A stretch of 63,868 nucleotides of DNA, filler included, from Reclinomonas americana ATCC 50394 (taxonomy: Eukaryota), in the NCBI GenBank assembly GCA_048213135.1. It is 5 parts of 2 records of this genome, joined end to end, with 100 filler letters (N's around TTAATTAATTAA, not from the genome) between each part and the next. Parts side by side here need not be neighbours in the genome. Positions count along the whole stretch, not along the records: positions 35,382 to 51,670 come from PS015094.1; positions 51,771 to 62,578 come from PS015094.1; 3 more parts are not named here. One strand, 5' to 3'. The translations under genes and the position numbers were made by a program. Under the pieces are notes generated by a model that worked only from the letters and a program-made list of their open reading frames with translations, searched no databases and was not told the origin of the DNA. The first letter of the stretch is position 1; every line of letters starts with the position of its first letter. Below, one piece after another: positions 38,311 through 52,900 of the stretch.

Positions 38311-41210
38311 ATGGCGACGAGTGCACAGGCGGCGGTTCCGTCGCTGTCTCTGTCGCAGCTCGACGCGTCGTCTGGCACAGTGGCACCACGGTCGGCCTCG
38401 TCCTCGTCCCGCGCAGCTCGCCCACGCGTGCGTGTCTCTGTCGTCGGCAGTGCCATTAGCGCCAAGAAGACGGCCGGCTCTCTCTCGGGATCGCGCACCA
38501 CTCACCCCCCGTCATCATCGCCGCCTCCGCCCCCAACCGACGCGGAGCTGCTTGCCAATGAAACGGCAGTGGAGCGAGCAGAGCGGTTGATGGTGGAGGC
38601 CGAGGCGCGGCGGCGTTTGCGGGTCGCGGCTCCCGCGGGAATGGAGAGTGCAGGTGTCGCGAGTGGAGACTCGGCATTGGCGCTGCTGCTGGCCAAGCGA
38701 CGCAGTGAGCGCATGGCGGCGGCCGAGGGCTTCCATGCCGTGCTCGACACACTCTCCAAGGAGCAGCTCGATGTGCACCAGGTTTGTGGTGGCACATGGC
38801 CATGTCTCTCTCTCTTTCTCTCTTCTCGCGTGTCTCTCGCTCTCTCTCTCTCTCTCTGTGTTGTGTACACGTGCGTGTTGTGTGACATAAGGTTTTTTTG
38901 CGCTGCAGCATGATCGTGAGCTGACGAGTGCGGAGCGACAAACGGGAATGGTGGAGGTGGCGCGCGGGCTGTGGCGACTCAAGTGGACTTACTTTTCGCG
39001 CTTTGGTCAGAACTCGGCCTCGTCGGTGCGTGCGACTTGAGAGAGAGAGAGAGACACACACACACACACACCCATCCATGAGTGTGGTGGTATTCGGTCA
39101 CACACACGCCAGTATTTTGACTCGGAAAATGCTGTGTGTTTGTTGTCGTGTGCAGTGGAGTGCGATTGAGCAGAGGTACCTCGACAAGCATGGGGTGACC
39201 ATGGAGCAAGTGAATGCGGCGTTGCCGGAGGTGGAGTCGGGATTCTCGACTCCCAGATCGGGTGAGCAGCAGGAGCAGAAGCAGCAGCAGAGCACTGGTG
39301 ATGATGCACAACCACCACCACCGCCGCCACCANNNNNNNNNNNNNNNNNNNNNNNNNNNNNNNNNNNNNNNNNNNNNNNNNNNNNNNNNNNNNNNNNNNN
39401 NNNNNNNNNNNNNNNNNNNNNNNNNNNNNNNNNNNNNNNNNNNNNNNNNNNNNNNNNNNNNNNNNNNNNNNNNNNNNNNNNNNNNNNNNNNNNNNNNNNN
39501 NNNNNNNNNNNNNNNNNNNNNNNNNNNNNNNNNNNNNNNNNNNNNNNNNNNNNNNNNNNNNNNNNNNNNNNNNNNNNNNNNNNNNNNNNNNNNNNNNNNN
39601 NNNNNNNNNNNNNNGGCCTCGTGCCGTTCGGTTCCGCAGTCGCCCACCCACAGTCTGCGCTCTGGTATGCCACCAGCACCGCGTGCTGCCTCTTTTTGCA
39701 TTGGCGCCTCACGTGCCTCTCTCTCGCACACAGTAACCCCATCGTCGTCCACCGACGCCGCTGGTGGCGCCCAGGCGACAGCGACACTGACAGCACAGTG
39801 CGTCTTGACTCTCTCTTTTTCTGTATTCCTCTCTTTGTTTTGCGCTGTTGGCTCACGGAGAGTCGATGACAACAGGAGTGGCGAGCTGGGTGCTACCACT
39901 GCCGCCGACACTGCTCGGGAGCCAGTCACGTTCACCTGGACGCACGGTGGTGGTGCCCTGGATCGTGTGATGGTGTGCGGTTCGTTTACTCGCTGGACTC
40001 CGCTGCCCATGGCCAAGCAGGACGATGGAGCCTACACGCTGACGACCCTGCTGACACCTGGCCAGTACGAGTACTTGGTGAGCGGCAATGACATGGCAAG
40101 AGGGAGAACTTTGCGTGTTCTCATTTCTCTCGTGCACAGGTCGGCGTGGACGGAACGTTGACGGTGGATCCGACCGTGGCGCGCATTGTCAATCGCCAGG
40201 GACGCATGGTCAACGTGGTGCGCGTCGGCCCGGCGCCTAGCCATGCCGAGCCCGAGTCCTCACACGAAAGCGAGCCAGTGGACGGAGACACGACTGCGTT
40301 GTCGGGCGAGTCCGTGTCGGATCGCGACCGTGCGACGCCGAATGGGAGCGTCGACGAGCCGGGACGCGGGCGGCCCAAGGTGCCGGCACTCGTGCGCGTC
40401 GGCGGCAACTCGAGTGGCTCAGTGCAGTCGCCGGTGAATGGTCACATGATGACCGGCAAGGCGGGCAAAACCCATGCGCAACTGGCCGACGACGATCCAC
40501 GTGGTGGCAAGCGACACGGATCGCTGGACACGGAGGAGCTGCTGGATGTCGCTCGCTCCAATGGATGTTGCGTTTCACTTCTTTTTGCGTGCACATCCTG
40601 CGTTGCCTGCTTGTCTCACCAACAAGTGTGCACTGCTCAGTCCCCTCGTCGGCTGAGATGTCAGAGGATGATGAGCCGGGCACTGGCTCGGAGACCTCGG
40701 GTTCGTGGCCTTGTTAATCCTTTTGTCTGTATATCTCTTGCGGCATTCTCACTGCGCGCACCCACCACACAGACACTGCGTCGTCATTGGCGACCTCAGA
40801 CACTGGTGAGTTTGTTGTTTTTCCCTCTTGTCTGGAGGATGGTCCTATCCAGGGAGCTCACGTTTGTTGTTGTTGCTGCTCGTGCACTAGCTTCATCATC
40901 GCGTGCCATGTGGAACTCTGTTGGACTGGAGTTTAGCAGCCGGGTGGAAGTCAATGTGCTGCTCTCGCGATTCACCAAGATTCAGTTGGCGACCGAGGTG
41001 CGCCGACTTGTACGCCTTGTGGAGCACCGCGAGCGACAGCTGGTGCGTCGCGACGCCACCATTGCCAACTTGGAGAACGAGCTGGCGGCAGCACGAGAAG
41101 TTGTGTGCTTTCTTTCTTTTCTTCCCCAACAGAAGCTCCATTGTGACTGACGATGCGCCGCACAGGAACTAAATGACATTATTCACGTGCTGGAGGAGGA
41201 CGAGATGTGA
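38311..41210 (+). CDS. Coiled-coil protein with an AMPK-beta-type carbohydrate-binding module (CBM48)
   Basis: PVTFTWTHGG..VMVCGSFTRW..LPMAKQDDG.YTL...LTPGQYEYLVGVDG at 39920-40160; C-terminal coiled coil; interrupted by a gap. Confidence 0.65.
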
Positions 41211-41314
41211 TCGTCAGGTGGCAATAACAAAGGGCGCGAGGCGACTTGAGAGGGAAAAATGAAACAGTAACGACTGCAGTGGACGAACTAAAAAAGTTAG
41301 GATTTTCACTCCTG

Positions 41315-44300
41315 TTATCTTCTCCGGGGTGATGGCTCGGAGCGGTGGGCGGCAGCCGACGCCGCTCGCAGCGCTGCGACCACCGGCCTGAAGCTGTCGT
41401 CGAAAAGATGTGGCTGCTTGGTGATTACCTCCTGGCAGAATCGCTCCGCTTCGCGATCCTTCTTGCGCGATTGCAACAGGCGGAAAATGATCTGCGTGGC
41501 AGCGGATGTCAGGTTGTTGTTGTTGTTGTGAGCGACGAAAGGTGACAGCGTACACAAGACGAAACTTGTCGTTCGATGTTGGTTCCGGCCCGCCGGAAGG
41601 CCTCAGTGACCTCCACCAGCGGCGCCGAGTACAGCGGCAACACGGAGGCCTGCAACATCTGCACACGCTCCTGCATCCACTCGCGCAACTCGACAAACTC
41701 TGGAGCGGTCTCTCCGTCGAACATGAACGTGTCGGTGGCCTGTGCCGCAGCAGCCAGATGAACACACAGGGCGGCGGGGTGGGAACTGAAGTGGAAAAAG
41801 AAAGAAAAAGACGCACATGCAGAATGCTAAAGATGCAATTCAGCTGGGTGAACTCCAGCGGCCGCGAGCTCGGCTCAAACAGCATGTCTTCCACCGCCGA
41901 CAAGATGGTGCCGTACAGGGCTACCATGAACGACAGGAACACGTTCGAGTAGCAGTAGTCGCACATGACGTCCCACTGTTGCTCCAGGTAGGAGAACATG
42001 GGTCGCAGGAAGGTCATGGCGTCGTCCACGCGGCCTAGCAAAAAGAGGCAACGAGGGAGGGAGGGAGGGGGAGTGATTATGAATATCCTCTCCGAGAGCA
42101 GCAGCAGCGACTGAGGCGCACCTTTCTTCTGCTGCCGCACGGCACACACCGCACTCCACATCTTCGGTGCCAACCCGCGGACCAGGTTCTCGCCATCAGG
42201 CTTCAACTCCACACCGACGGTCACACGCAGCAGAGGAACGAGAATCCGTGTCAGCTGCGCGATGGCCATGACACGGTCAGTGGGTCGCACAGTGTGCAGA
42301 GTCGAATGACACAGATACACAAACCACACTGGTGAGGGCGGTGTACATGGACGACCGCATGCGTGTCAACGATCGCTACCGAACCGTCAGTTGGTAAGCC
42401 TTGCAGTGAAAGAAAAAAACACGGACATTGATGCAGCCGCGCACCTGAATTTGGTCGGCGAGATGCGCGTGCATCTCATCCGTGCCAGTGTCGTGAGCGT
42501 GCGCCTCAAAGAACTCGCTCAATCTGCATGCATTCGAGTGAGCGCCCTTCACGCGACACGGATCGCATTCCTCCATGCACGCAACTGCAATGCCGTCGCA
42601 TCAATATTCTGCATAAAGCACACGTGAGCAGGCGTCAATGAGGGACTCGGCAAGGAGTGTGAAGAACGCAACATTAAGAATGATGCACATCTGCGAGACA
42701 GGTCGACGAAGGCGAAAAAGTGAGTGAACGACAACAGCCTCGACAGTAAACTCATCATACGACGTACCCTCTGAGAGATGAGCATCACATCGTCACGCGC
42801 CGTGTTGCTCACGTGCTTGATGTGTTGCATCACCACCTCGTGGTCTCTCAGCTCCTCACCAAACAGCTCCTCCAGTTTGGCAGCGTACCGTGCGGCGTTG
42901 CTCGTAACGGCCTATTATCGCAGAGTGAGGAACAAAGGCGGTAAGAACGTACGCTCTCCCTTCCGCAACATTGGAGACATTGAAAATGGTGTTGACCAGC
43001 GACGGATCGTTCTTGTCCATGATCTCCAAGCACTTCGAGAAGGTCATGTTGGCAAACTCGAACACGTGCACCACGCCCAACGAGTGCATAATGGCCGGCA
43101 GCTGAATGGGCTTGAACTGTGCACGTACACACACACACATGACTTGCTCAGTGAACGCCCCCCCCCAGTCACTGGCCAAGAGCGGCGGACGCAACATCGT
43201 CTTGCGCAATCGCCCGCTGCTGACACACATCGAGGAGACCCATGGCATGCAACGCCCACTGTTCTAGGTACGGCTTGAAGACCTCACCAATGGGGAGGAA
43301 CGATAGTCTGTGTCGCGACGTGTGAGTGAGAACGAGACCAACAGCAACAAGCAGCGGCTGACGGCACACAACTTGTCTCCCAGCAACGCTCGCCACGTCT
43401 CATGCAACTCTCGCATCACGGTGTACAGCGAGATGAAGGTGGGATCGTACACCTCGGGGGACAACTGCGAGACCACACAGTCGGATTCAGACGTCAAGCC
43501 ACTCACGGCAAGACACACGCGCACGCACCTCGGGGGGAATGGCGCGTAGCACATTCTCTGCCAGTGTCCGATAGTACACTTCGGCGGTGATTTCCTCCAG
43601 GCGGCGACCACTGTGATCAGGCGATGAGCACGTCTACCGGGCACACACTTCCAGGCGTTCGCTGGCACTTTCGTCACGCAACGTCGGAAACTCAAAAGTG
43701 AACTTGTTCACATCTGTCTCAACGGCGGCACGAGCACCGAGAGCGAGAGCGCACAGCTGGTAGCCAGTGTAGATAGCACCCGAGGTCGGACTGCCTCCCG
43801 TCGCTTGATTCACTGTGGCCTGCACAGGCGGCGTTCCACCCGTCACCGACTCAATGGCGATCAGCAGTCCACTCACACTCAGCGCCACGGCCGGACTCTG
43901 TGGCGTGGACGGCGGTGACGCTGCCGGCGCACGTCGTGCATATGCCGGCGACGGCGATTCATCGTCCATGGCCGACAGCGTCAGACTGCTGGCCACTTCG
44001 GGCAGGCGCTTGGCCTGACCGAGCCATTGCCGCGCACGCTTCTGCGTCTCGGCCACCAGTGCAGCCTCCAACAGAGCGCCCATGTCAAAATTCTTGTACA
44101 CCTCCATGGTCTCCTCGTAGTAGGCCTGGAACTCGTCGAGATCCAACGTGTTTTGTATCACAGCCAGGGCGTTCCGCAGTGCTCCGGGTGGTGTGTTCGC
44201 GGGAAACGTGTCCTGCGAGGTACACTCGGTGTGAGTGAAAGATTCGACGAAAAATCACCCTCGTGACGCAACATGATAGGCGGCACACTTGGGGACGAGG

Positions 44301-47300
44301 AAGCGCACAGCAAAGGCGTCCAGGCCACGAACAAACTTGACCACCTAACAAACGAGGGGCGCACACCATCAGACGTCGGCACATCTTGTTGCTACAACTG
44401 GATGAATGAACGCAGAACCTTGGACTGGGTCGGCAAGACACTCACGCGACGCGTCTCCTCGCGGAAATCCGAAATCAGCGCATCGGCTGCCGTGAGCACC
44501 GGTGTCTGCAGCGCGATCTGGTCGCCGCGAGTCGCGAGTTCGTTGAGCACGTCGATCGCAGCGGCGTAGCGGGAGTACTGCAGCAGCGGCGGTGGCGTGT
44601 GAATGCAAGGGTTTCGTGATGAGACATTGCAAAGAAAGGACGCACGGGGAGCAAGTTGAAGCGCAGTTCGAGATTGTCAAAGAGCAGACCGTATTCACGT
44701 GGACCCCACACACGCGGTAGTTGCACGTGCGCCGATTGTTGAACAATGCCACGGGTGAGAACTCTGTTTTTCGGAGAGCGTGAGTGCTGGGTGAGAGTGG
44801 AAGAACAGCAGCTGCGGCGAATGCGAGGATCACCGTAGGATCTCTTCGGCTTCGCCAGCACGCGTGGCCAACATCGTGTTGTTCTGCAACTGTACACGTT
44901 CTGCAAGCGACGATTGGTTTTCAGTGCTGTACGTGTGGAGTGCGTGTGGATGCAAAAAGAACAGCAACCGCATACCAAAAGCGATTTGCAGATGGATGGT
45001 ACCGCTGTGCATGTAGTAGATGATAAGAGTCGTGCTTGTGAGAGCACTCGAAAGAAGCGCAGACACACACCGATTCTTGTTGTGCGATGAGGCCTTTGGT
45101 CTGAGGTTAAACAGATTGTCGATACATCCACCATGCTCCTCTTGCAGCTCCACAATCTCCGCCACCTGCGCCACTCACATCAGTACGGTGGGCAGAGAGA
45201 GAAGCGGAGGAGATGCAGACACACACAGACCGTGAGTGACAGATCGCCCTCGAATTCATCCCGACCCAACCGATCCCAATCATAAACACACAAGTACAGC
45301 GTGTCGTCCATGCTCTTCACTCGCCTGTATCAGCATGCGAGTGAGATGGACGCCATACAGAACAACAAGCAGGTCGCCGTGCACGCAACAGCACAGTCTC
45401 CTCGTCCCACACCGGATCCAGCGTCCCTTTGCGCGTCTTGGTGCGAAACTCGGCGTCGCCAAGCGTGACCAGCACATACGGATCGCTCGTCCCTGAGCTA
45501 CTGTAAGACACCTATGCAACAGCACCAGAGACGGGAGCGGTGGAGTGCGCAACGAGAAAACATGTTCTTCGGCACCAACTTGTTGGCACAAATGACTGCG
45601 AGCGCGAAGGTGAGACGGCTGGCATACAGAAACAACACACTGCGTGTATTCTCCACCCTTGATGTACAGCAAGCCGGCAGCGTCGCCCATCTGAGTGCAC
45701 ATTATATGTCAGCATCACCGACACGTCTGTGTGTTTCATCTCCACGCAACTGCATCCTTCGGGTCGAGATAGTTCTTTTCAATGAAATTAATGTGCGCGC
45801 CGTACCGCCGCGCCGTGGCCAGCGTCTCCTCGCGCATTTCCTCCGCAGACTGCCATGACATGAGACGCATCAGCCGGAACTTCATAGGGAAGGAAAATCA
45901 AGAGTCGCTCACCAAAAATTGACTGGCAAACGCCGGTCGCTCCTGTTGCACGTCTTGCAGGTTGTTCTTTAGTTGAACCAGAAAGTGCTGGCGCGGGCAG
46001 GAAGAGCACACGTGAGGGAGATCGCAACGCACGCAAAAGGATCACCACACAGTGCGCACCTCGGGATTGGCACACGTGCGTGCACTCATGCGCAGCGACC
46101 GAGCTCGCTTGTCATCAATCTTGAGTGCATGTCTGTGATGCACGTAGCCATTTGGTGAATCACGGCTGTGCCACGCACGCGCTGGACGACAAAAGAGGCG
46201 AACCGCAGCAGCAAATCCATGAGAATCACTCGACCGGCGGCCCTGACAGCCTTTGGCACGTCCTTCTTCATGCCTCGTGCCAGCGTCTGATCCAACAAGC
46301 GCACAAACAGCGACATGACGTACGCGGAAGTGGCGTCACCAACTGCATGCAGATCCGAGTGAGGAGATTATTTTTAGGAAAGTGCACAAGTGAGGCAACT
46401 ACACAACGATCGCCATCGAGTGCGTGACGAGTCAGCGCTGGCTCCATGCTCGAGGTGACAAGGTCAAGAAGGATAGCCGCCGTGGTCGGCTCCGGGCACT
46501 CGAACACTAATGCGCGGCGTGAGATGTCCAATGTGACGGCGGCGACAGAGGCATTGCACGTACCGAGCGTCTTGACCATGCGCTTGCCAGTCGTAAAGAT
46601 AATGTCGTACATGGTCAGTTCGGGGAGCTCCAGGTCCCGATTCAGGGTGATCATGCCTCCACCGGACTCCTCCAGCGAGGGTGACAGCAGGCGGCTCTCG
46701 AATTGATCCAGCTGCAGAGCGACCAGGAACTTGAAGGTGTCGACCTCTGTGGCGAGAAAGGTGAGCAGAAAGGGAAGAAAGATATGCGACGGAAAGAATC
46801 GTGAAACGGGCAATGGAATTGAAGCACAAAAACAACCACCCTTCCTCCCACAACTGCACACTCAACGCTCCGGCTGCAACACGCGGTTGCGGTCGATCTG
46901 GGACGGGAGTACCACATTGCCGATGGCACCCAGAGCCGCCGTGCTAGCATTGTATGTGACGCGCGGCAGAAACGTAATGGCCTTCCACAGACCGCCAAAG
47001 AGCGAACTCACAAAGCCGCCGCCGTGCGGTGAATGCGATGGTGGCTTCCCCGTGCGCAGCGACTCCATCATCGGGTGTGTGTAGGCGAGAAGCATGGCAA
47101 TCGAAAACGCACGCTCCCGCTGCACGCAGAAAACGCATCAGCAACCACTCGCAGCACGAGGTTTGTAGGGAGAGGAAACCTTCTCTATCGAGTCATCTGC
47201 CTGTGTCTCTCGCAACAGCGCCGTCAACTGCAACTCCTCCTGCGAGGCAGAGCGCGCCGGTGGCGACACTGCCGGCTGCTGCTCGACCACCACCGACGAT

Positions 47301-47979
47301 TCAGGCGACGACTGGATCTGCAGCACATACTCCCAGTGCTTCGATTCCGCGTTCGAATGAGTGCCACTACACACACACGCACGTAAAGGTCAGCGACAAG
47401 AGTGGCAACATGAGACGAGAGAGAGAGAGACGAGAGACAGAACCTGGCCTTGGCCACCGACACGCCCTGCACACAACGCAATGCATGATGAGCCAATAAC
47501 AAAAAAAGGGGGAGATGCATTCATGACAACTGCAACTGATGCGATGCACCTCATTCAACACATCCATGTGCAGCGGATCGGTGCGTGAGCGCACACTGGT
47601 GACACCGCGCAGTGTCGCCTGTTGCGCATCCACTCCATGCATCACCATGCTGCGAGGCAGAATCCCGCGCAGTGACTCCTCCGCTGCGGCCGCCGTCAGC
47701 AGCGCAAGTCGTGGCGACGATCCTGCACTGCCGCCTGCTCCACTGCGATCCACAGATAATCGCGTCACTGTAGACAAATCGAGCGAGCTGGAGGTGCTGT
47801 GTGTGTGCGTGGAGAGGGAGGGTGAATGAAGAGTCATGCGCATGTGCAAGTGTGCTTGTGTGTGTGTGCGTCACCAACCTCAGTGCGGACGACGAGGAGC
47901 CCGACTTGCGCGACATGACGAGGGGCGGGGGGGGGGGCGCAACCTTTTTGGCTCGCCCAGAATTGTCACTGTCCCCCAT
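41315..47979 (-). CDS. Large C2 plus MUN-like helical protein (Unc13/BAIAP3-like)
   Basis: C2 motif SGTSDPYVLVTLG..EFRTKTRKGTLDPVWDEET at 45400-45500. Long helical region with VFKPYLEQW, VCFMQNID and AMTFLRPMFSYLEQQW resembles MHD1/MHD2. ATG at 47979. Confidence 0.65.
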
Positions 47980-49924
47980 TTTTCCACCTCGTTTCGGAGG
48001 TGTCCCCCAACCCTCACCAGGTCTCGCAATCTGTGCACGTCCGACTTGCACAGGCGCCCACCGTTAAAAAGTCCCGTCCCCCAAAAAAATTTCTCTCGCG
48101 ATCCCCCGTACGTATACCCCAGTGCACGTGGGTAAAAAAAGGGGTGTCCCCGTGTCCCCCAATTGTTGCGGTACCCCCTATGACGGTGCGTACGATGATT
48201 GAGCGGTCCGCGTGACCGACCGACACAGCTGCATTTTTGTTGTTTTGTGCGAGAGAGAAGACTAGACGACTTGTTTTTTGGTGCACCGGAGTTCAGCCAA
48301 AAATACCTCAAGTCCGTTCCAGTATTTTTCGTCAAGGAGAAATGGAAATTGGCAATGCAGTTCTGCTCGGTGTGGCGCTCATTGTTGTCGGTGAGGAGCA
48401 GCTTCGATATAAATGGGTGTGCTACGAGGGGGGAGGCATTTGTGGATTCGAAAGGAGAGCTCGAGAAAATTGCTTGAAAATTGCTTTCCTCGTTCTGCTC
48501 TTGGGGTGGAGAGCAGAGAGAAGTGAGTCACGGGAAAAGCTCGTTCCGGAACGTCCTCTTCAGTTGTACGCACGCTGCTGCATGCGCTCCCTGCTACACT
48601 CGTTCAATTCGATATTTTGAATTCTTGCAACTGTGACTTCCGCCTCTCGATCGCATGCGAGCCGATAATACATGGTACAGTACAGCGCAGTAAGAAGCAG
48701 CTGCATCTTGCACTTCGTGGCACGTCAATGAGAAAGAAGCGCGAACGCATGTGTAGCGAGGGAGAAACTGGTGCTCGATGATCCACTGCTTTTCATGCAG
48801 CTTTGCACGCTTCGATACGTAGTGCAAGAGAGTGTTAGATAAAGCGCCCTGTACTCTGTGCCCCCGTTCCTTGTCACGCTTGTCTGTTGAACGAACAGCT
48901 GGCGCAATGCATGCATGTTCGGATCCGCAAAAATTCTTCCGTTTTTTCGAAGGCAATGGTTTCCCACACTGCTTTTGCCCTTGCACAGTCATGGCCACGA
49001 GAAAAGGCAAAGGCGGCTCGGTGTCGGTGGCGCTGGAAACGCCCTGCGGATGGAAGACGTGCCTGTCACTGTGCCTGCCGTGAAATTCGCGAGTTTCGCT
49101 GCGAATGGTGGCACAAATTCGTGCGCCTCTGCTTGCAGATCGTCTGTACAAGTAAACTTGTTAATGTTGATGATGTTTCCGTGGCCGCATGCGCAGCTTG
49201 CAGCTGTTGCAACAACAAGGACATTTGTCGCATTATTGGAATGTGGTGAATGAAGTGTTTTTCTTTCTGCATTCACCAACAAACAAGCAACTGCTGTCTT
49301 GATGACCAAGTTCAACCGTATCCAAAACATCAACACAAACACCAGTCTTGAGGCAGCAGCAGGTTCCTTGCAATTGTGCGTGTGTGTTCGCTCTCGGAGC
49401 TCCGAACAAGTCGAGAACTGCGATATTCTCCATCGCTCGTGCCCGTTCAAAGCATCCCATCGCCACCGCCTGGTAGATCTGTGGCCAGATTCTCGTCGTT
49501 GTCGATCGCCGATGGTGGATCTGCAGTGTGTCCGGATTTATGTGTTGTCTGAAAGCACCTCTGGCTCTCCCTCCGCGCGTCCTCCCTCGTTCCCCCTCTC
49601 CCTCCCTCTCTCCTCCACACACCCGATTCTTGCTACACAGCCCAGCACCCCCTTCTCCCTCCACCCACACCCCTTGTCGGCAGCCCACGTGCCTCCACCG
49701 CCTACAAACCGCGAAACTGACAAAGGCCACTGGCAAACCTCTGTTTCGTTTTTTTCGAGTGTGCGTCGAGAGGAGAAGAAGTGGTGTACGCACACAAGTT
49801 CACACACACATACGCACACACACACACTCACACTCGTGGCACCATCACACACACACACGGCGGCCACGCACACACACACACTCAGTTGTCCCGATATTTT
49901 ATCCTTGCTTAATTACGGAGCAAC

Positions 49925-52900
49925 ATGATGCGCCGACGTGCAAGCCCGACTCTGGGAGTTGCGTCTTGATCCCACTCTCTCTCTTTCTCACACGCACACA
50001 CTCTCTCGCACTCCTTCCGATCACGCGGGTTGTTTGGTGGCATGCGTCTCAAAATTTCGTTTTTCTCCCCACACAGCAAACTGTCCCCGCGTCGTTCTAC
50101 AATGAAGACGACGATGATCGCGCATCGAGCAAGGCACGGCGGCAGACTGGTCGCGCAGTCGGCATGGTCGCCGCCTTGGTCGTGGCGGTGATCCTGACAC
50201 CGATCCTCTTGCGCGCCCTGTTTGCGGGCTCACCCGCACCTCCAGCGCCCTCCCCGCTGAATCGCTCCTCCGCGACACTGCAGCCACCATCACAGGAGCA
50301 GCAGAGCTCAGCAGCAGAAGGTGCAGTGGTGCCTTTGTGTGTTTTTCTGTTACACTGTGTACTCGCTTTTTTTTTTACTGATTTTTTGATGATAAGATGG
50401 CGGCCCGTGCCCTGATGAGCCCGACGGTGAGGATGCGGCGATGCTGGATGCCGAGGTAGCGGCCGAGATTCAGCATGCCATGGAGATCCAGGCCGACGAG
50501 GAGGCGTACTCGCGTGTGCGTCTGGCGAATGAGCAAATGGACGAGGAGGAGGCGGCCGCGGCCATGGAGATGGTCATGGAGAATGCGAATCTGCTGCCGG
50601 TGCCGCGCGAGGTGCTCGACGCCAAGCCCGGCTTCATTGAGGTGGCCCGCGAGAACATTGAGGAGGTGACGCCGAGCGATGCGAGCGACAACGCGCTGCC
50701 GTCGCAGTTGGTGGCCGTCATTGAGGCGCTGTCGTTGGTGCGCCACGCTCTTGACTCCCCTGGTGAGTATGCTTGTTGCGTTTGGGTCTCTGTACGATCC
50801 ATGCCCTCCCCGAGTGCACGATACTGACGAGCTGCAATCGCGTGCGTTACAGTCGGCACACAGGGCGTGCTGGTGGTGATGACGGCGCCGCCGGGCAGCG
50901 GCAAGTCCACTGTCGTGCACATGCTGGCGGCGGAGATTGCCAACTTGCTCGGTTCCCCCGAGTCGTTCATCCCGTACTATGCCGATCTGCGCGGTGGCCT
51001 GCCGGAGGAGCGTCGCCCAACGGTGAGATCGATCACAGCAGTGCAACCCTTTCCCTTCCCTTCCCTCAACAAAGAAACTGACTCGCAATGCGCAGCGCGA
51101 GATGATTCTGCGCACACTGCTGTTGCACCCGAACAACGATCGTGCCGTGGCCTATGGCGAGGAGTCGGAGGCCGGCCTGCTCACCACCCTCGGCCTGGAG
51201 CTGTACACGGACAACCCATCGGAGCGCCGTGTGGTTATTTTGGAGAATGTGGGCAGCGCTGCGCAGCTCGTCTCGATGCTCGACTGGAACGTCGACGCCA
51301 TTGGTGGTGAGTGCATTGGCGCGCATTCCTGCACGTCTCTTTGTCGCCCACTCCTCCAACTCACCTGTGCTGTTTTGCGTCCTCAGTCGGCCCTGTGATC
51401 CTGGTCACCTCGAGCTCGACCTCTCTCGTGAACGAGCTCGACACGGTGCACCTCGGCGTCACCATGATTCACCAGACGGTGTCGCACCCGATGGGCGTGC
51501 TCGATCGCCAGGTGCTGGTCGACAAGGTGGTGCCGCTGCACGACCGCGAGTTTGCCCGCGACATTGCCAGCTCGTGCCTGTCGCCCTACGACTTCCGTTT
51601 GGCCTCGAAGCTGCTGTCGCAGCGCACGACCTCGCCCGAAAACTGGCTGGCAGTTGCCACGGAGATGGGCNNNNNNNNNNNNNNNNNNNNNNNNNNNNNN
51701 NNNNNNNNNNNNNNTTAATTAATTAANNNNNNNNNNNNNNNNNNNNNNNNNNNNNNNNNNNNNNNNNNNNGGCCACGGTCCGTGCGACGTTTCGCGCTTC
51801 CTCCAGCAGTGGCTGTCGACGGCGCCGGAGGGCGTTCAGCAGGCCGCCATTGAGTTCTCGGTGGCGTCGGAGATGTGGCCTGGGTCGGTGTCGGTGGCCG
51901 ACTTGGCGCTGCTGACCAGTGCCCCTCGCGAGGACTTTGAGGCCATGCTCGAGCAGCTGCCGCTGTCGCAGGCTTCGTCGCACGGCTCGCCGCAGCTCTG
52001 CCTGGTGGAGCAGCTGGCTGGCGAGTCGACGACCGACAATGACGAGGCTAGCGCGCTGGAATTGGGCCGCAAGTACAACAACTACGCCGGTTTCAGCGAC
52101 CGCCTCACCTCGCTCATTCGCCGCCACGTGCCGCAAGCGCAGTGGCGCAAGGCCGCTCTCGGACTCGCCGACCGCGTGGTGACCTACGTCAGCTCGGCAC
52201 TGGAGCGCAAGGCCAAGACGGCGACCGTGGAGGATCTGCCGCAGGTGCTGCTGCTCGACGCGCTCTCGCTGCATCTGTCGGTGGTGTGGCCTGTGCTGCG
52301 NNNNNNNNNNNNNNNNNNNNNNNNNNNNNNNNNNNNNNNNNNNNNNNNNNNNNNNNNNNNNNNNNNNNNNNNNNNNNNNNNNNNNNNNNNNNNNNNNNNN
52401 NNNNNNNNNNNNNNNNNNNNNNNNNNNNNNNNNNNNNNNNNNNNNNNNNNNNNNNNNNNNNNNNNNNNNNNNNNNNNNNNNNNNNNNNNNNNNNNNNNNN
52501 NNNNNNNNNNNNNNNNNNNNNNNNNNNNNNNNNNNNNNNNNNNNNNNNNNNNNNNNNNNNNNNNNNNNNNNNNNNNNNNNNNNNNNNNNNNNNNNNNNNG
52601 TGGAGATTCGTCGGTGCAAGCACTCGGTCAGCAGCTCCTCGGCCACGTCGCGCTTGCCGAGTCGCCACAGCGACTGCGCCAGGCTGAACTCGGTCGCTAG
52701 TGTTGATGAGCTGGACTCGCCGAGTGCCATGGCCTGCTGCTTGAACAGCAGCTCGAGCAGCTGCGTCGACTCGTGATTGCGGCCGAGCATGACCAGTGCG
52801 TTGGCGTGCACACCCATGGTGGCCAGCGTCTGGCCGTGGGTCGAGCCCAGTGACCGTCGGCTCAGCTCCGTCGTCTGTCGTGCCATGTACTCGGCCTCCT

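Noticed and set aside
44640-44790. C1 zinc-finger-like reading in the MUN gene
   Set aside because: Only a partial Cys/His pattern and the exon frame is ambiguous.
48930-49000. zf-RVT-like HDCARAKAVW as a non-LTR retrotransposon remnant
   Set aside because: Too short; no reverse transcriptase, endonuclease, poly(A) tail or target-site duplication seen.
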